A DNA stretch of 64,000 bases from Candidatus Iainarchaeum sp. (lineage in GTDB: Archaea; Micrarchaeota; Micrarchaeia; Burarchaeales; Fermentimicrarchaeaceae). Position numbers and translations under genes: made by a program. The DNA is taken from positions 8,154 to 72,153 of the forward strand of contig JAQTMQ010000002.1 in NCBI GenBank assembly GCA_028714235.1, in the 5' to 3' direction. Under the pieces are notes generated by a model. That model worked only from the letters and a program-made list of their open reading frames with translations. It ran no database searches and was not told the origin of the DNA. This document shows, one piece after another, positions 55,901 through 64,000 of this stretch. Numbering within the stretch: position 1 is the stretch's first letter; each line of letters opens with the position of its first letter.

Positions 55901-56416
55901 TCAGATGAAGTCGCCGGGGTATCCGGCGGACTCAACTCTCGCGCGCCCGAGCTCGTAAAGCCCGGCCAGGAGCTCGAAATGCGTTTTCTCGAACGCGGCC
56001 ATCGCCTTGAAGAATTTTTTTGCTTCCCTGTCCTGCTCGCGGGCCGCGAGCCTTTCGTAGAACTCCATGCTCTCGGTTTCGGCGGCTTGCGCGGCCGCAG
56101 TCACGCTGTCCGGCATCGCGACCTCGGCGCCGGCGCGCGTTTCCAGGAAGCCCTTGAATACCCCGGGTTGGGCGCTCGCACGCGCTTCGGCCCATCGCGC
56201 CGCGCCTTTCCCGGCCTGCGCGGCGAGGGCCTGCACCGCCGCCAAATGCTTTTTTTCCTCGCGCGCGAGGAACTCGAACAGCCGCCTGCCGTAGCCCTGT
56301 CCGGCTCGCGCCGCGTTCGCCTCGTAGTAGCGGATGCTCCTCCTTTCCAGGTCCGCGGCTATCGCGAGCCCTTTCCCGACGTCAACGCTTTCCGAGCCGA
56401 AGAATTCCTCAAACAC
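55901..56416 (-). CDS. rubrerythrin/ferritin-like diiron protein, paralog 2
   Basis: GTG start (VFEEFFGSESVDVGK...) embedded in the upstream gene's stop (GTGTTTGA). E/H-rich helical pairs (ERRSIRYYEANA...EEKKHL... and ETESMEFYERLA...FEKTH). Confidence 0.5.
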   Translation of the reverse strand: MFEEFFGSESVDVGKGLAIAADLERRSIRYYEANAARAGQGYGRRLFEFLAREEKKHLAAVQALAAQAGKGAARWAEARASAQPGVFKGFLETRAGAEVAMPDSVTAAAQAAETESMEFYERLAAREQDREAKKFFKAMAAFEKTHFELLAGLYELGRARVESAGYPGDFI

Positions 56417-56891
56417 GCGCTTCGCCCCCGTGCGGTTTTTCCATGAGCGCGGAAAGCAGGGCCAGGTGGGTTTCCTCGAAGCCCGCGAGCGCCCTGAAAA
56501 AGCGCTTGCCTTCCGGCGCCTCAATCCTTTCCGCAAATTTTGAGTAGAATTCGATGCTCGCCTTCTCGGTCTCCATCGCGGCGCCAAGGATGTCCGCGCG
56601 GGCTCCGCCGCCCCGGCCCCGCTCCAGCCTGAACAGCCCTGGGGCGGAGGCGGCAAGCGCGTCAGCCCAGCCGGCCGACTCGCCTCCGCGCGCCAAGGCG
56701 AGCTCCTGCAGGGACTTGAGGTGCTTTCTTTCCTCGCCTTCGAGAAACCTGAAGAGCGTTGCGCCTTCCGTGGAGCCGGCGTTGCGCGCGTTGGACGCGT
56801 AGTACTCCATGCCCCGCTTCTCCAGCGAGATTGCGATGTTTATGCCTTTCCCGACGTCAACGGCCCCGGAGCCGAAAAATTCCTCGAACAC
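56409..56891 (-). CDS. rubrerythrin/ferritin-like diiron protein, paralog 1
   Basis: MFEEFFGSGAVDVGKGINIAISLEKRGMEYYASNA...EERKHLKSL...METEKASIEFYSKFA...FEETHLALL. Confidence 0.55.
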   Translation of the reverse strand: MFEEFFGSGAVDVGKGINIAISLEKRGMEYYASNARNAGSTEGATLFRFLEGEERKHLKSLQELALARGGESAGWADALAASAPGLFRLERGRGGGARADILGAAMETEKASIEFYSKFAERIEAPEGKRFFRALAGFEETHLALLSALMEKPHGGEARV

Positions 56892-56905
56892 GGCTTCACC
56901 GCCCC

Positions 56906-57616
56906 CTACTTTTCGTGGTACAGCGGATAGTTTTCTGCCGCCGCCTGCTTTTTAACGTAAATCTTCCAGTAGGCCGAAAGGAAGCGCCAGGTGGCCGCGG
57001 CATACCCCTCTTGTTCGAACCTTCGCGCGGAAACGAACGCGTAAAGCGCGGGGTCGAACACGACTTTTCCCTCCCGCTTGATCCTGTTCGGGAGCTCGTT
57101 GTCCTCAAGCATGCGGAGCCTTTCGTCGTAGCCGCCCGCCTTCTCGAACGCGCCCCTCCTGAACGCCTCGTTGGGCGCCTGCGCGACGTAAAAGCGCAGG
57201 GCCGCGGCAAGCCTCGGAATCCAGTTCGTCGTGAGCTTGAACATCGCCTTGTGGACGAGCTTCTGCTCCACGGGCTTCACCGGCCCGATTACCGCCACCA
57301 CCTCGGGGTCGGAGAAATGCTTCGCGATTCTCTCGAGCCAGAAGGGCGGATGCGTCGCGTCGCCGTCCGTGAAAACGAGTATTTCCGACTTGGACGCCTT
57401 CGCGCCCGTGTTCTTCGCGACGGCGAAGCCGAGGCGCGGCTCGAACACCACCCGCGCCCCCAGCTCCTTCGCGATCTCCACGGTGCCGTCCCTGCTTCCC
57501 GAGTCCACGATGACCGCCTCGTAGTCCCCGAAGCTTTGCGCTTTCAGCGAGGCAAGGCATTTCGGCAGCCTCTTCGCCTCGTTGAGCGTGGGGATTATCA
57601 CCGACATTTTCGGCAT
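56906..57616 (-). CDS. GT2-family glycosyltransferase (dolichyl-phosphate sugar transferase-like)
   Basis: It has MSVIIPTLNE, AVIVDSGSRDGT and the FTDGD DxD motif. Confidence 0.8.
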   Translation of the reverse strand: MPKMSVIIPTLNEAKRLPKCLASLKAQSFGDYEAVIVDSGSRDGTVEIAKELGARVVFEPRLGFAVAKNTGAKASKSEILVFTDGDATHPPFWLERIAKHFSDPEVVAVIGPVKPVEQKLVHKAMFKLTTNWIPRLAAALRFYVAQAPNEAFRRGAFEKAGGYDERLRMLEDNELPNRIKREGKVVFDPALYAFVSARRFEQEGYAAATWRFLSAYWKIYVKKQAAAENYPLYHEK

Positions 57617-58755
57617 TCAAGCAACTCCTCGTAAAGCGCTTCCAGCTTCTTCGTGCACGCTTCAAGCGAATACTTTTCCGCGGTCTTCCTCGCGTTGCCG
57701 CGCACCTTGCCCCCGTTCCGTATCGCCTCGACGAGCTTTTCCGCGCAGTCCGCGGGGTCGTCCGGGTCGAAAAGGTAGCCGTTGACCCCGTGCCTGATTA
57801 TCTCCTTCGTGGCGAGGTAATCCGCCCCGGCGACGACTCCGCCGCTCGCCATCGCCTCGAGGGTCACGAGCCCCTGCGTCTCGAACTTGGAGGGGACTGC
57901 GACCACGTCCGCCGCGGCAAAGCAGTTCGGGACGAGCGCGTTGTCAATCAGGCCCTTGAAGACGAAGTATTTCTCGACGCCGCACTTCTTCGCGTACTCC
58001 TTGTAATGGTTGGCCGCGGGCCCCACTCCCGCGATGACGAAGCGCGCCTCGGGCTCCTCCTCGAGCACCATGAGCGCGGACTTGACGAGGAGCTCGAGGT
58101 TCTTCTCGAGCACCACCCTCCCGAGCGAGAGCACGATTTTCTTTCCCTCCATCTTCCACTCGTCGCGCACCACGTCGCCGCGCGCGTCGGGCGTGAACCT
58201 CTTCGTGTCAATCCCGTTGGGGATGGCGCGCGCGTTCCCGATTCCGTGCTCGGCCATCATGTCCGCAATCACTTTCGTTGGCGCGGTCGCCACGTCGCAC
58301 TGGTTGTAGTACCACTTCAGGTACCTCCACGCTACCTGCTCGGCCGCGTCGCCAACGGGCTTCACGCCCCCTGAAATGTAGTGCGTCGCCCTCGGAATCA
58401 GCGTGTGGAAGGTCCCGACCACGGGCACGTTGAGGCTCCTCGCCGCCCTCAGCGCGGCGAGGCCCATCGTCGCCATGCCGTGCGAGTGCACGATGTCTAT
58501 CCCGAGGCTCTTCACCTTTCGCTCGGAAAGGAAGGGGAAGAGCGCGATGTTGTACTGGGGGTAGGGCCTGAAGGCGGTGGACATGTAGAGGAACGCGTGG
58601 TCGTCCGCGTTCTCCTTCCTCGCCTTCCCGCTCGCGGAAGCGAAGACGTAGACCTCGTGCCCCTCCCGCTCAAGGCCCTTCCTGAAGGAAAGGATGGAGG
58701 TCACGACGCCGTCCCGGTTGGGCAGGTACGTGTCCGAATAAAAAGCTATTTTCAT
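57598..58755 (-). CDS. GT4-family glycosyltransferase
   Basis: MKIAFYSDTYLPNRDGV... and a C-terminal PSKFETQGLVTLEAMASGGVVAGAD. Confidence 0.8.
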   Translation of the reverse strand: MKIAFYSDTYLPNRDGVVTSILSFRKGLEREGHEVYVFASASGKARKENADDHAFLYMSTAFRPYPQYNIALFPFLSERKVKSLGIDIVHSHGMATMGLAALRAARSLNVPVVGTFHTLIPRATHYISGGVKPVGDAAEQVAWRYLKWYYNQCDVATAPTKVIADMMAEHGIGNARAIPNGIDTKRFTPDARGDVVRDEWKMEGKKIVLSLGRVVLEKNLELLVKSALMVLEEEPEARFVIAGVGPAANHYKEYAKKCGVEKYFVFKGLIDNALVPNCFAAADVVAVPSKFETQGLVTLEAMASGGVVAGADYLATKEIIRHGVNGYLFDPDDPADCAEKLVEAIRNGGKVRGNARKTAEKYSLEACTKKLEALYEELLECRKCR

Positions 58756-58784
58756 TGCGGACTATTTTCGCGCCCCGACCGAAT

Positions 58785-60596
58785 TTAAAGCTTCGTCATC
58801 GCCCAGAGGGCGGCGGCGGTCGCGCCCACGAGGACGAGGGGCGCGATGACGCGCACGACCGCGACGATGGAATTGACGGTGCCGAGGAGTTCGGAGGACT
58901 GCGCGACCCCGAAGACCTTCACGTCCTCCACGAGGAGGAGCGCGCCCCCGGCCTCGACCTCGCCCAGGTCGGAAAGCGCCTTTTTGGCGGCCTCGACCGC
59001 GCGCGACGTTATCTCCTTCTTGTCCGTGCCCTTCCCGCCGAGCGGGTTCAGGACGCCGCTCACCTTGTTCACGCTGTGCGTGTCCGTGGAAAGGATTTCG
59101 CATTCGTCAATCCCGAGCGCGCAGACGGCGTCGATGAGCTCGCGCCTGAACGCGGGCACCGCGCCGTTCGCGTCAAACAGGACGTAGGCGAATTTTTTCC
59201 CGTCGCAGGCGAAAACGGCGGCGCACATTCCCGCCCCGCCGACCGCGCCCTTTGACTTCAGGCCTTTCATGGCGTCGAACGCGAAGCCGGCCTTCAGGGG
59301 CTTTTCCGCCTTCCCCTGCGAGAGCGCGTCCGCGACCGCCTCCATGTATTCGAAGGCGATGGGGTTTCCGGACTCCACCTTGCTTATCTCGCCCGTTTCC
59401 GCGTTGTGCGCGTCAACCACCAGCGCCTCGCCCGCGCCTTTCGCGAGCGCGTAGTTGCGGATGGCGAGGCCGACCGAGAAATCCACGTCCTCGGTGGTCC
59501 TCGGCGCGCGCGTGAGGGGCGCGAACATGATTCCGTTGACCATCGCCGAAACGGTTTTCGCGGCCCCGTTCCTTCCTACCGCGAGCCATCCCCTCGCCTT
59601 GGCGTACCTCATCTCGCCCAGCTGCCTGAACAGCCGCGAATCGAATTTTTCGAGTTCGCCCGCGGAGGCGGGGTTGAAGTCGTGGGTCGCGCAGCCGTGG
59701 AAGACGAAGGCGTCCGCGCCCGTCCTCCTCTTCACCTCTTCCGAGATGAGGCGGGGGAACTCGCTTCCCCCGAGCGTGCCGAACGGCCCGTAGTGCACGT
59801 GGGGAATGACGAAGACCGCCTTCAGCCTGCCTTCGGACCTGAACGCGAGGACGCCGAGGTGGGTGCTCACGCTTTCGGCGACTTCCTCGAACATGGCCTC
59901 AAGCTTTGGCGACGCCTCGAACCATTGTGCGAGGAAAAGGCTTGCCGCGTCGGTCATGGAGACGCCGAAATTCCTTTTCATGGGCGCGTTGACGAGCCAG
60001 AACACCGCGTAGATTGCGGCGAGGAAGATGAACGACGCGAAGTAGAGCCGGGTGAGGACGCTGATTGACTCCGGGGAGCCGAGCGACTTGTCGGTCAGCA
60101 GGAACATGACGTTCAGGGTGGGCGTGATGAGGGCGAAGAGGTACGACGTGTACTTCAGGTTGAACACGATTCTCGCGACGATGAACCAGAGCGCGAACAC
60201 GAACGCGTTGCCGAGCAGGAGGAGGTTGAAGCTGTTCTGCGGGCTGACCCCGGCGAGCTGGAGCGCGCCGCTGTAATGCAGGAAGTAGAATGCGCCGTAG
60301 AGCGCGGCGGACATGAGGCCCAGGAACATCATCTGCTTGTACCGGATTTTCCGCTTGAGGCCGATGCATGCGACCGCGCCGAGCAGCGCGGGGACGGCGA
60401 TTAGGAACACGGCGCGGATGGCGTCGTAGGCCGCGTCCGCGAGGGGCGCGCCCCACGCCATCGCGGCCAGTCCCGTGATTATGCCGATGATGAAGGAGAA
60501 GGCGATTATCGCGAGGAATATTATTCTTGAGGGCGGAAGGCTTCTTCCGAGGAAGCGGGTGAGCCCCACCGCCTTTTCCGCCGAATCAGTGGACAA
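58785..60596 (-). CDS. DUF2070-like polytopic membrane protein with large C-terminal soluble domain
   Basis: ~7 N-terminal TM helices, then a soluble domain (VIPHVHYGPFGTLGGSEFP...) and a C-terminal TM helix. The start is uncertain (TTG 60596 chosen). The ORF as listed extends to 61109 through non-protein-like sequence. Confidence 0.5.
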   Translation of the reverse strand: MSTDSAEKAVGLTRFLGRSLPPSRIIFLAIIAFSFIIGIITGLAAMAWGAPLADAAYDAIRAVFLIAVPALLGAVACIGLKRKIRYKQMMFLGLMSAALYGAFYFLHYSGALQLAGVSPQNSFNLLLLGNAFVFALWFIVARIVFNLKYTSYLFALITPTLNVMFLLTDKSLGSPESISVLTRLYFASFIFLAAIYAVFWLVNAPMKRNFGVSMTDAASLFLAQWFEASPKLEAMFEEVAESVSTHLGVLAFRSEGRLKAVFVIPHVHYGPFGTLGGSEFPRLISEEVKRRTGADAFVFHGCATHDFNPASAGELEKFDSRLFRQLGEMRYAKARGWLAVGRNGAAKTVSAMVNGIMFAPLTRAPRTTEDVDFSVGLAIRNYALAKGAGEALVVDAHNAETGEISKVESGNPIAFEYMEAVADALSQGKAEKPLKAGFAFDAMKGLKSKGAVGGAGMCAAVFACDGKKFAYVLFDANGAVPAFRRELIDAVCALGIDECEILSTDTHSVNKVSGVLNPLGGKGTDKKEITSRAVEAAKKALSDLGEVEAGGALLLVEDVKVFGVAQSSELLGTVNSIVAVVRVIAPLVLVGATAAALWAMTKL

Positions 60597-60975
60597 GTTG
60601 CGACACCAGGTTACGGCCTGCCCGCGAAGCCTTTCCTTGCGGCCGGGTCCGTTTGCGCTTCCCTTTTCGCGTGCCTGCGCGCCCTGGAGAACGCGTTGTG
60701 CCGGATTGCGCGCTTGAGGGTGTACACGTTTTCCACGAACTCGTTCGCCACCTCCCTGAACGGGGCGCGCCTTTTCGAGGCTATCTTCATCAGCTCCAGC
60801 GTGATGAACCGCATCTCCGCATTGACCTGGGCCAGTTCGTCCTCGTCCACTTCCCGCACCGCGAAAACTTTTGCCGTGAAGCCATTTAAACCTAATCCGC
60901 TTCCGCCGCCCTGCGCGCGCTTTAAATATGGTTTCCCCAAAATCTTCCGTCAATTTTTTTCCGGGAGGCAGTCGC

Positions 60976-61197
60976 ATGGTTGAACTCAACCCCATCGAGC
61001 AGGCGGTTCTCAGGGCGCTCGGGGACCTCGGCGCGACCGCGGAAGACAAGCCGAAGACCGCGGACGACGTCACGCGGAAGGCGAACCGCCCCAAGGGGCA
61101 GGTGAACAACGCGCTCGTCGGCCTCGTCCAGAAGGGCGTCGTGGGCAGGCGCGTGAGGGAGAAGGCTTCCGGCTATTACGTCAAGGCCAGGCAGTGA
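60976..61197 (+). CDS. small winged-helix DNA-binding protein
   Basis: MVELNPIEQAVLRALGDLGATAEDKPKTADDVTRKANRPKGQVNNALVGLVQKGVVGRRV is wHTH-like. Confidence 0.45.
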   Translation: MVELNPIEQAVLRALGDLGATAEDKPKTADDVTRKANRPKGQVNNALVGLVQKGVVGRRVREKASGYYVKARQ

Positions 61198-62246
61198 AGG
61201 TTTTTTGGATGTACGGCAGGGTTGCGGTCGCTGGCACGTTTGACGCGCTCCATTGCGGGCACGCTGACCTCTTCGACGCGGCTTTCCGCCTGGGGAGGCG
61301 CGTGGTGGTCGGCGTCACGAGCGACGGCTTCGCGCGCAGGCTGCGCAGCGGCAAGGTCAAGCCGTACGCGGAACGCGTTTCCGCGGTCAGGCGGTTTCTC
61401 GGCAAGGCGCGGCTTGCCCGCGCGGAATTCCTGAGGCTTTGCGACCCCTACGGGCCGGCCTTGGGGAACGGCGCGGGGATAGAGGCGCTCGTGGTCTCCA
61501 CGGAAACGTTTCCGCGCGCGCGCGAAATCAACGAAATCCGGAGGAAGCGGGGCCTTGCGCCGCTCGCGGTCGAGGTCGTCCCCCTGGTCTACGCGGAAGA
61601 CCTCAAGAAGATAGCGAGCCGCCGAGTTTCGGCGGGCAAGACGGACGCGCGGGGCTCGCTTTTGAAGCCGGTCACGGTCGCGGTGGGGTCGCGGAACCCG
61701 TCAAAGCTCGAGGGCGTGAGGCTCGCGTGCAGGCGCATCTTCCCGGAGTCGAGGGTGGTCGGCGTCGCCGCGGACTCCAGGGTTTCAGTCCAGCCGTTTG
61801 GGAACGAGACGATTCACGGCGCCGTGAACCGGGCGATTGCGGCGCGCAGGAAGTCGGGCGCGGACTACGGGGCGGGCCTCGAGAGCGGGCTTTTCGAGCT
61901 TTACGGGCGGCATTTCGACTTCCAGTGGTGCGCGGTCTTCGACGGCGAGAACGTGACGCTCGGGTGCAGCATGGGCTTCGAGGTCCCGAGCGGCGCGGTG
62001 CGGCTCATAAGGCGCGGAAAGATGGACTTGGGCGAGGCGTTCGGGGAGCTGACCGGAATCCGGGAAATCGGGAGGTTCGGGGGCGCGCTCGGCTACCTTA
62101 GCCGCGGGATTGCGGAGCGCAGGGAGATGAGCGAGCAGGCGTTCGTTTGCGCGATGGTTCCGCGCCTGAACAGGCTCAATTACGGGAAAACCCGCGTCGG
62201 GCGGAAGGGTTTAAGGCGGCCGGTTCCGGGAAAGGCTTTTAAATGA
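61194..62246 (+). CDS. fusion of archaeal-type phosphopantetheine adenylyltransferase (cytidylyltransferase fold) with a DUF84/YjjX-like non-canonical NTPase domain
   Basis: The N-terminal half has VAGTFDALHCGH (HxGH nucleotidyltransferase). The C-terminal half has VTVAVGSRNPSKLEGVRLA, a start motif of inosine/xanthosine triphosphatase-like proteins. Confidence 0.6.
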   Translation: MKVFWMYGRVAVAGTFDALHCGHADLFDAAFRLGRRVVVGVTSDGFARRLRSGKVKPYAERVSAVRRFLGKARLARAEFLRLCDPYGPALGNGAGIEALVVSTETFPRAREINEIRRKRGLAPLAVEVVPLVYAEDLKKIASRRVSAGKTDARGSLLKPVTVAVGSRNPSKLEGVRLACRRIFPESRVVGVAADSRVSVQPFGNETIHGAVNRAIAARRKSGADYGAGLESGLFELYGRHFDFQWCAVFDGENVTLGCSMGFEVPSGAVRLIRRGKMDLGEAFGELTGIREIGRFGGALGYLSRGIAERREMSEQAFVCAMVPRLNRLNYGKTRVGRKGLRRPVPGKAFK

Positions 62247-62317
62247 GCTAAGGCAACTCAATCCCAGTAGCCGGTGGCTGTATTTTAGGACGATTTGATG
62301 CGGATAGGTGGTAATTC

Positions 62318-62992
62318 GTGGCAGACCCTCTCGAAGACCAGATTAACCTGATTATTGACGACATCGACGCGGGCATCGCGGGCAAGTACCCGTTCAAGCT
62401 GCGCGACATCCTCGAGCACCCGCTTGACTTCAAGGACCGCCAATACATCCTGGCGGAGGTGGACAAGATGAAGGCGGACGCCGACGCCTATTTCCAGCGC
62501 AGGAAGGCGGAGCTCGCGCCCGTCACGGCGTCGTACGCGAAGGACGCCTCCAAGGCGTCGAACGTTTCCCAGGCGCTTGCGGACGAGGTGAAGTCGGCGG
62601 CGAAGGACGCGAAGAAGGCGGTGGTCAAGCCGCTCACCTACGCGCACGACGACGACAGCGACGAAATCCTTTTCGTGGACAAGGTTGACGACGCGCTTCC
62701 CAAGGTGCTGGACGCGCTTGCCGAGGACGCGCTTTTCGTCATCGACCTCACGCTGGAGATTGACAACTTCAAGGCGGGGCGCTGGCTTTTCCCGGGCTCT
62801 TCCGGGAAGAACCGCGGCATCTTCGTCTCCTTCCCGATAAACCCGTCGGGCGCGCTTGACATCGCGCGCGAGCAGATGGGCCTCGCGCTTGACGCGGTGA
62901 AAAGCGAGATTGTCGCCCAGCTTTCAATCGAGGGGAAGACTCCGGTCAACCCTCCGGCGACGCCCGCGGGCAGGACGGCGTCAAGGAGGTAG
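62318..62992 (+). CDS. hypothetical acidic protein
   Basis: 224-aa Asp/Ala/Lys-rich protein. No family recognised. Confidence 0.45.
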   Translation: MADPLEDQINLIIDDIDAGIAGKYPFKLRDILEHPLDFKDRQYILAEVDKMKADADAYFQRRKAELAPVTASYAKDASKASNVSQALADEVKSAAKDAKKAVVKPLTYAHDDDSDEILFVDKVDDALPKVLDALAEDALFVIDLTLEIDNFKAGRWLFPGSSGKNRGIFVSFPINPSGALDIAREQMGLALDAVKSEIVAQLSIEGKTPVNPPATPAGRTASRR

Positions 62993-63002
62993 GGGGCAGC
63001 GC

Positions 63003-63050
63003 GGGCCGGCGGCCTCCCGCCCGGCCCCGCTTTTCCCCATTTTTTCTTTC
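63003..63050 (+). terminator. GC hairpin followed by T-tract
   Basis: GGGCCGGCGG...CCGCCCGGCCC (63003-63029) followed by CGCTTTTCCCCATTTTTTCTTTC. Confidence 0.5.
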
Positions 63051-63149
63051 GCCACCGCCGGGCGGCTTAGCGGAAACGGGGTGTTCCCGAAACGGTTTTA
63101 TTTGGCTTCCGGCCAATAGTAGGCGGTCGGGCTACTTCAAGCGGTCAGG

Positions 63150-63157
63150 CTATATGG
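63150..63157 (+). promoter_or_regulatory. TATA-like box (CTATATGG) for the leaderless mcm gene
   Basis: Centred ~24 nt upstream of ATG 63177. Confidence 0.45.
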
Positions 63158-63176
63158 TCTAGGGCAACGTGTCGGC

Positions 63177-64000
63177 ATGGCGGAAGACATCACTCCAATC
63201 GTGGACGAGTTGGGCGAGTTCTTCAATACGTATTACTCCGGGAAGGTGAAAGAGCTTTCCGACAACTATCCTTCCAGGCGGAGCCTTGAGGTCGCTTACG
63301 CGGACCTGGAGAAGTTTTCGCCAGAGCTTGCGGACGAGCTCGTGGAGTCGCCGGACTCCATCGTGGCCGCGGCCGAGCAGGCGCTCTGGAAGATGCCGCT
63401 CCAGATTGTCGCCGACATGGCTTTCGAGCCGCACGTCCGGTTTTTCGGGCTTCCCGCCTCCACGAGCGTGATGGTCGAGAGCATCGGCGCCGCGCACATC
63501 GGGAAGCTGATTTCGGTCGACTGCATGGTCACGAAGCGCTCCGAAATCAAGCCGAAGGTGAAGGTCGCGGTTTTGAGGTGCCGGCTTTGCGACGCGCGGT
63601 TCAAGATTCCGATTGACAAGAACACCACCGTCCTCCCGGAAACGTGCGATTCCTGCAAGAGGCGCGCCCTTTTCCAGGACGAGGAAACGTCGGTTTACGT
63701 TGACCTCCAGAGGGCGGAGGCGCAGGAGCCGCTGGAGCACTTGAGGGGGGGCGCGCCCGCGACGCACATCGAGATGTGGATTGAGGACGACCTCGTCAAC
63801 ACCTTTTATCCGGGGCAGAGGCTTCTCCTGACCGGGGTCCTCCGAATCCTGCCGTTCTCCCCGCCGAGGGGGAAGCCGGCGAACAAGCTCATCTATTCCA
63901 AGCACCTCGAAGTGATGCACATCCAGAAGGTGGAGAAGGAGTTCGAGGAAGTGGACATCCAGCCCGAGGACTTGAGGAAAATCAACGAGTTTTCAAGGGA
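63177..64000 (+). CDS. mcm: MCM replicative helicase, N-terminal domains (3' end lies outside the window)
   Basis: Not in the ORF track because no stop falls in the window. It has the MCM N-terminal zinc motif (CRLCDARFKIPIDKNTTVLPETCDSCKRR) and an OB-fold region. Confidence 0.8.
   Translation, partial: MAEDITPIVDELGEFFNTYYSGKVKELSDNYPSRRSLEVAYADLEKFSPELADELVESPDSIVAAAEQALWKMPLQIVADMAFEPHVRFFGLPASTSVMVESIGAAHIGKLISVDCMVTKRSEIKPKVKVAVLRCRLCDARFKIPIDKNTTVLPETCDSCKRRALFQDEETSVYVDLQRAEAQEPLEHLRGGAPATHIEMWIEDDLVNTFYPGQRLLLTGVLRILPFSPPRGKPANKLIYSKHLEVMHIQKVEKEFEEVDIQPEDLRKINEFSR

Noticed and set aside
60611-60940. 109-aa minus-strand ORF upstream of the DUF2070-like gene
   Set aside because: Protein-like but no recognisable family. 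It may be a real small gene or a frameshifted N-terminal extension. Left uncalled and flagged as a finding.

Overview
This looks like a high-GC (~65%) archaeal chromosomal window, judged from TATA-box/leaderless promoters, aRF1, Pop5/Rpp30, eL15, proteasome alpha, MCM and type IV pilin/S-layer features. All coordinates and family assignments are manual estimates and need homology searches. Recognisable housekeeping blocks are: (i) UMP kinase, a translin-like protein and a serine cluster (class-V aminotransferase, SerA-like dehydrogenase, seryl-tRNA synthetase); (ii) aRF1 and a beta-carbonic anhydrase; (iii) a cell-surface block (two secreted Cys/N-glycosylation-sequon-rich paralogs, a 1015-aa S-layer-like protein and a GT-A-like protein); (iv) a glycan/glycogen block (GH57, GT4, epimerase) and eL15-Rpp30-Pop5; (v) the archaeal exosome superoperon (PsmA-SBDS-Rrp4-Rrp41-Rrp42-L37ae-RpoP-Brix-Pcc1-prefoldin beta), extended by a DHH phosphoesterase and a mini-MGMT; (vi) ADP-forming acetyl-CoA synthetase beta/alpha, a beta-CASP RNase, several glycosyltransferases, a PPAT-NTPase fusion and the start of MCM. 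The most unusual region is ~27.4-40.9 kb. It holds seven alpha-helical (HEAT-like) genes, six of them paralogous, one markedly lower-GC small gene, a CPBP/YhfC-like membrane protein, and two tandem 663-aa paralogs carrying a gluzincin HEXXH-X18-E zinc-peptidase motif, all directly upstream of psmA. Other notable items are a 936-aa protein fusing a polytopic membrane domain to two Cdc48-type AAA+ domains, and a GC-rich ~380-nt non-coding gap (1682-2064) that looks like a structured RNA.
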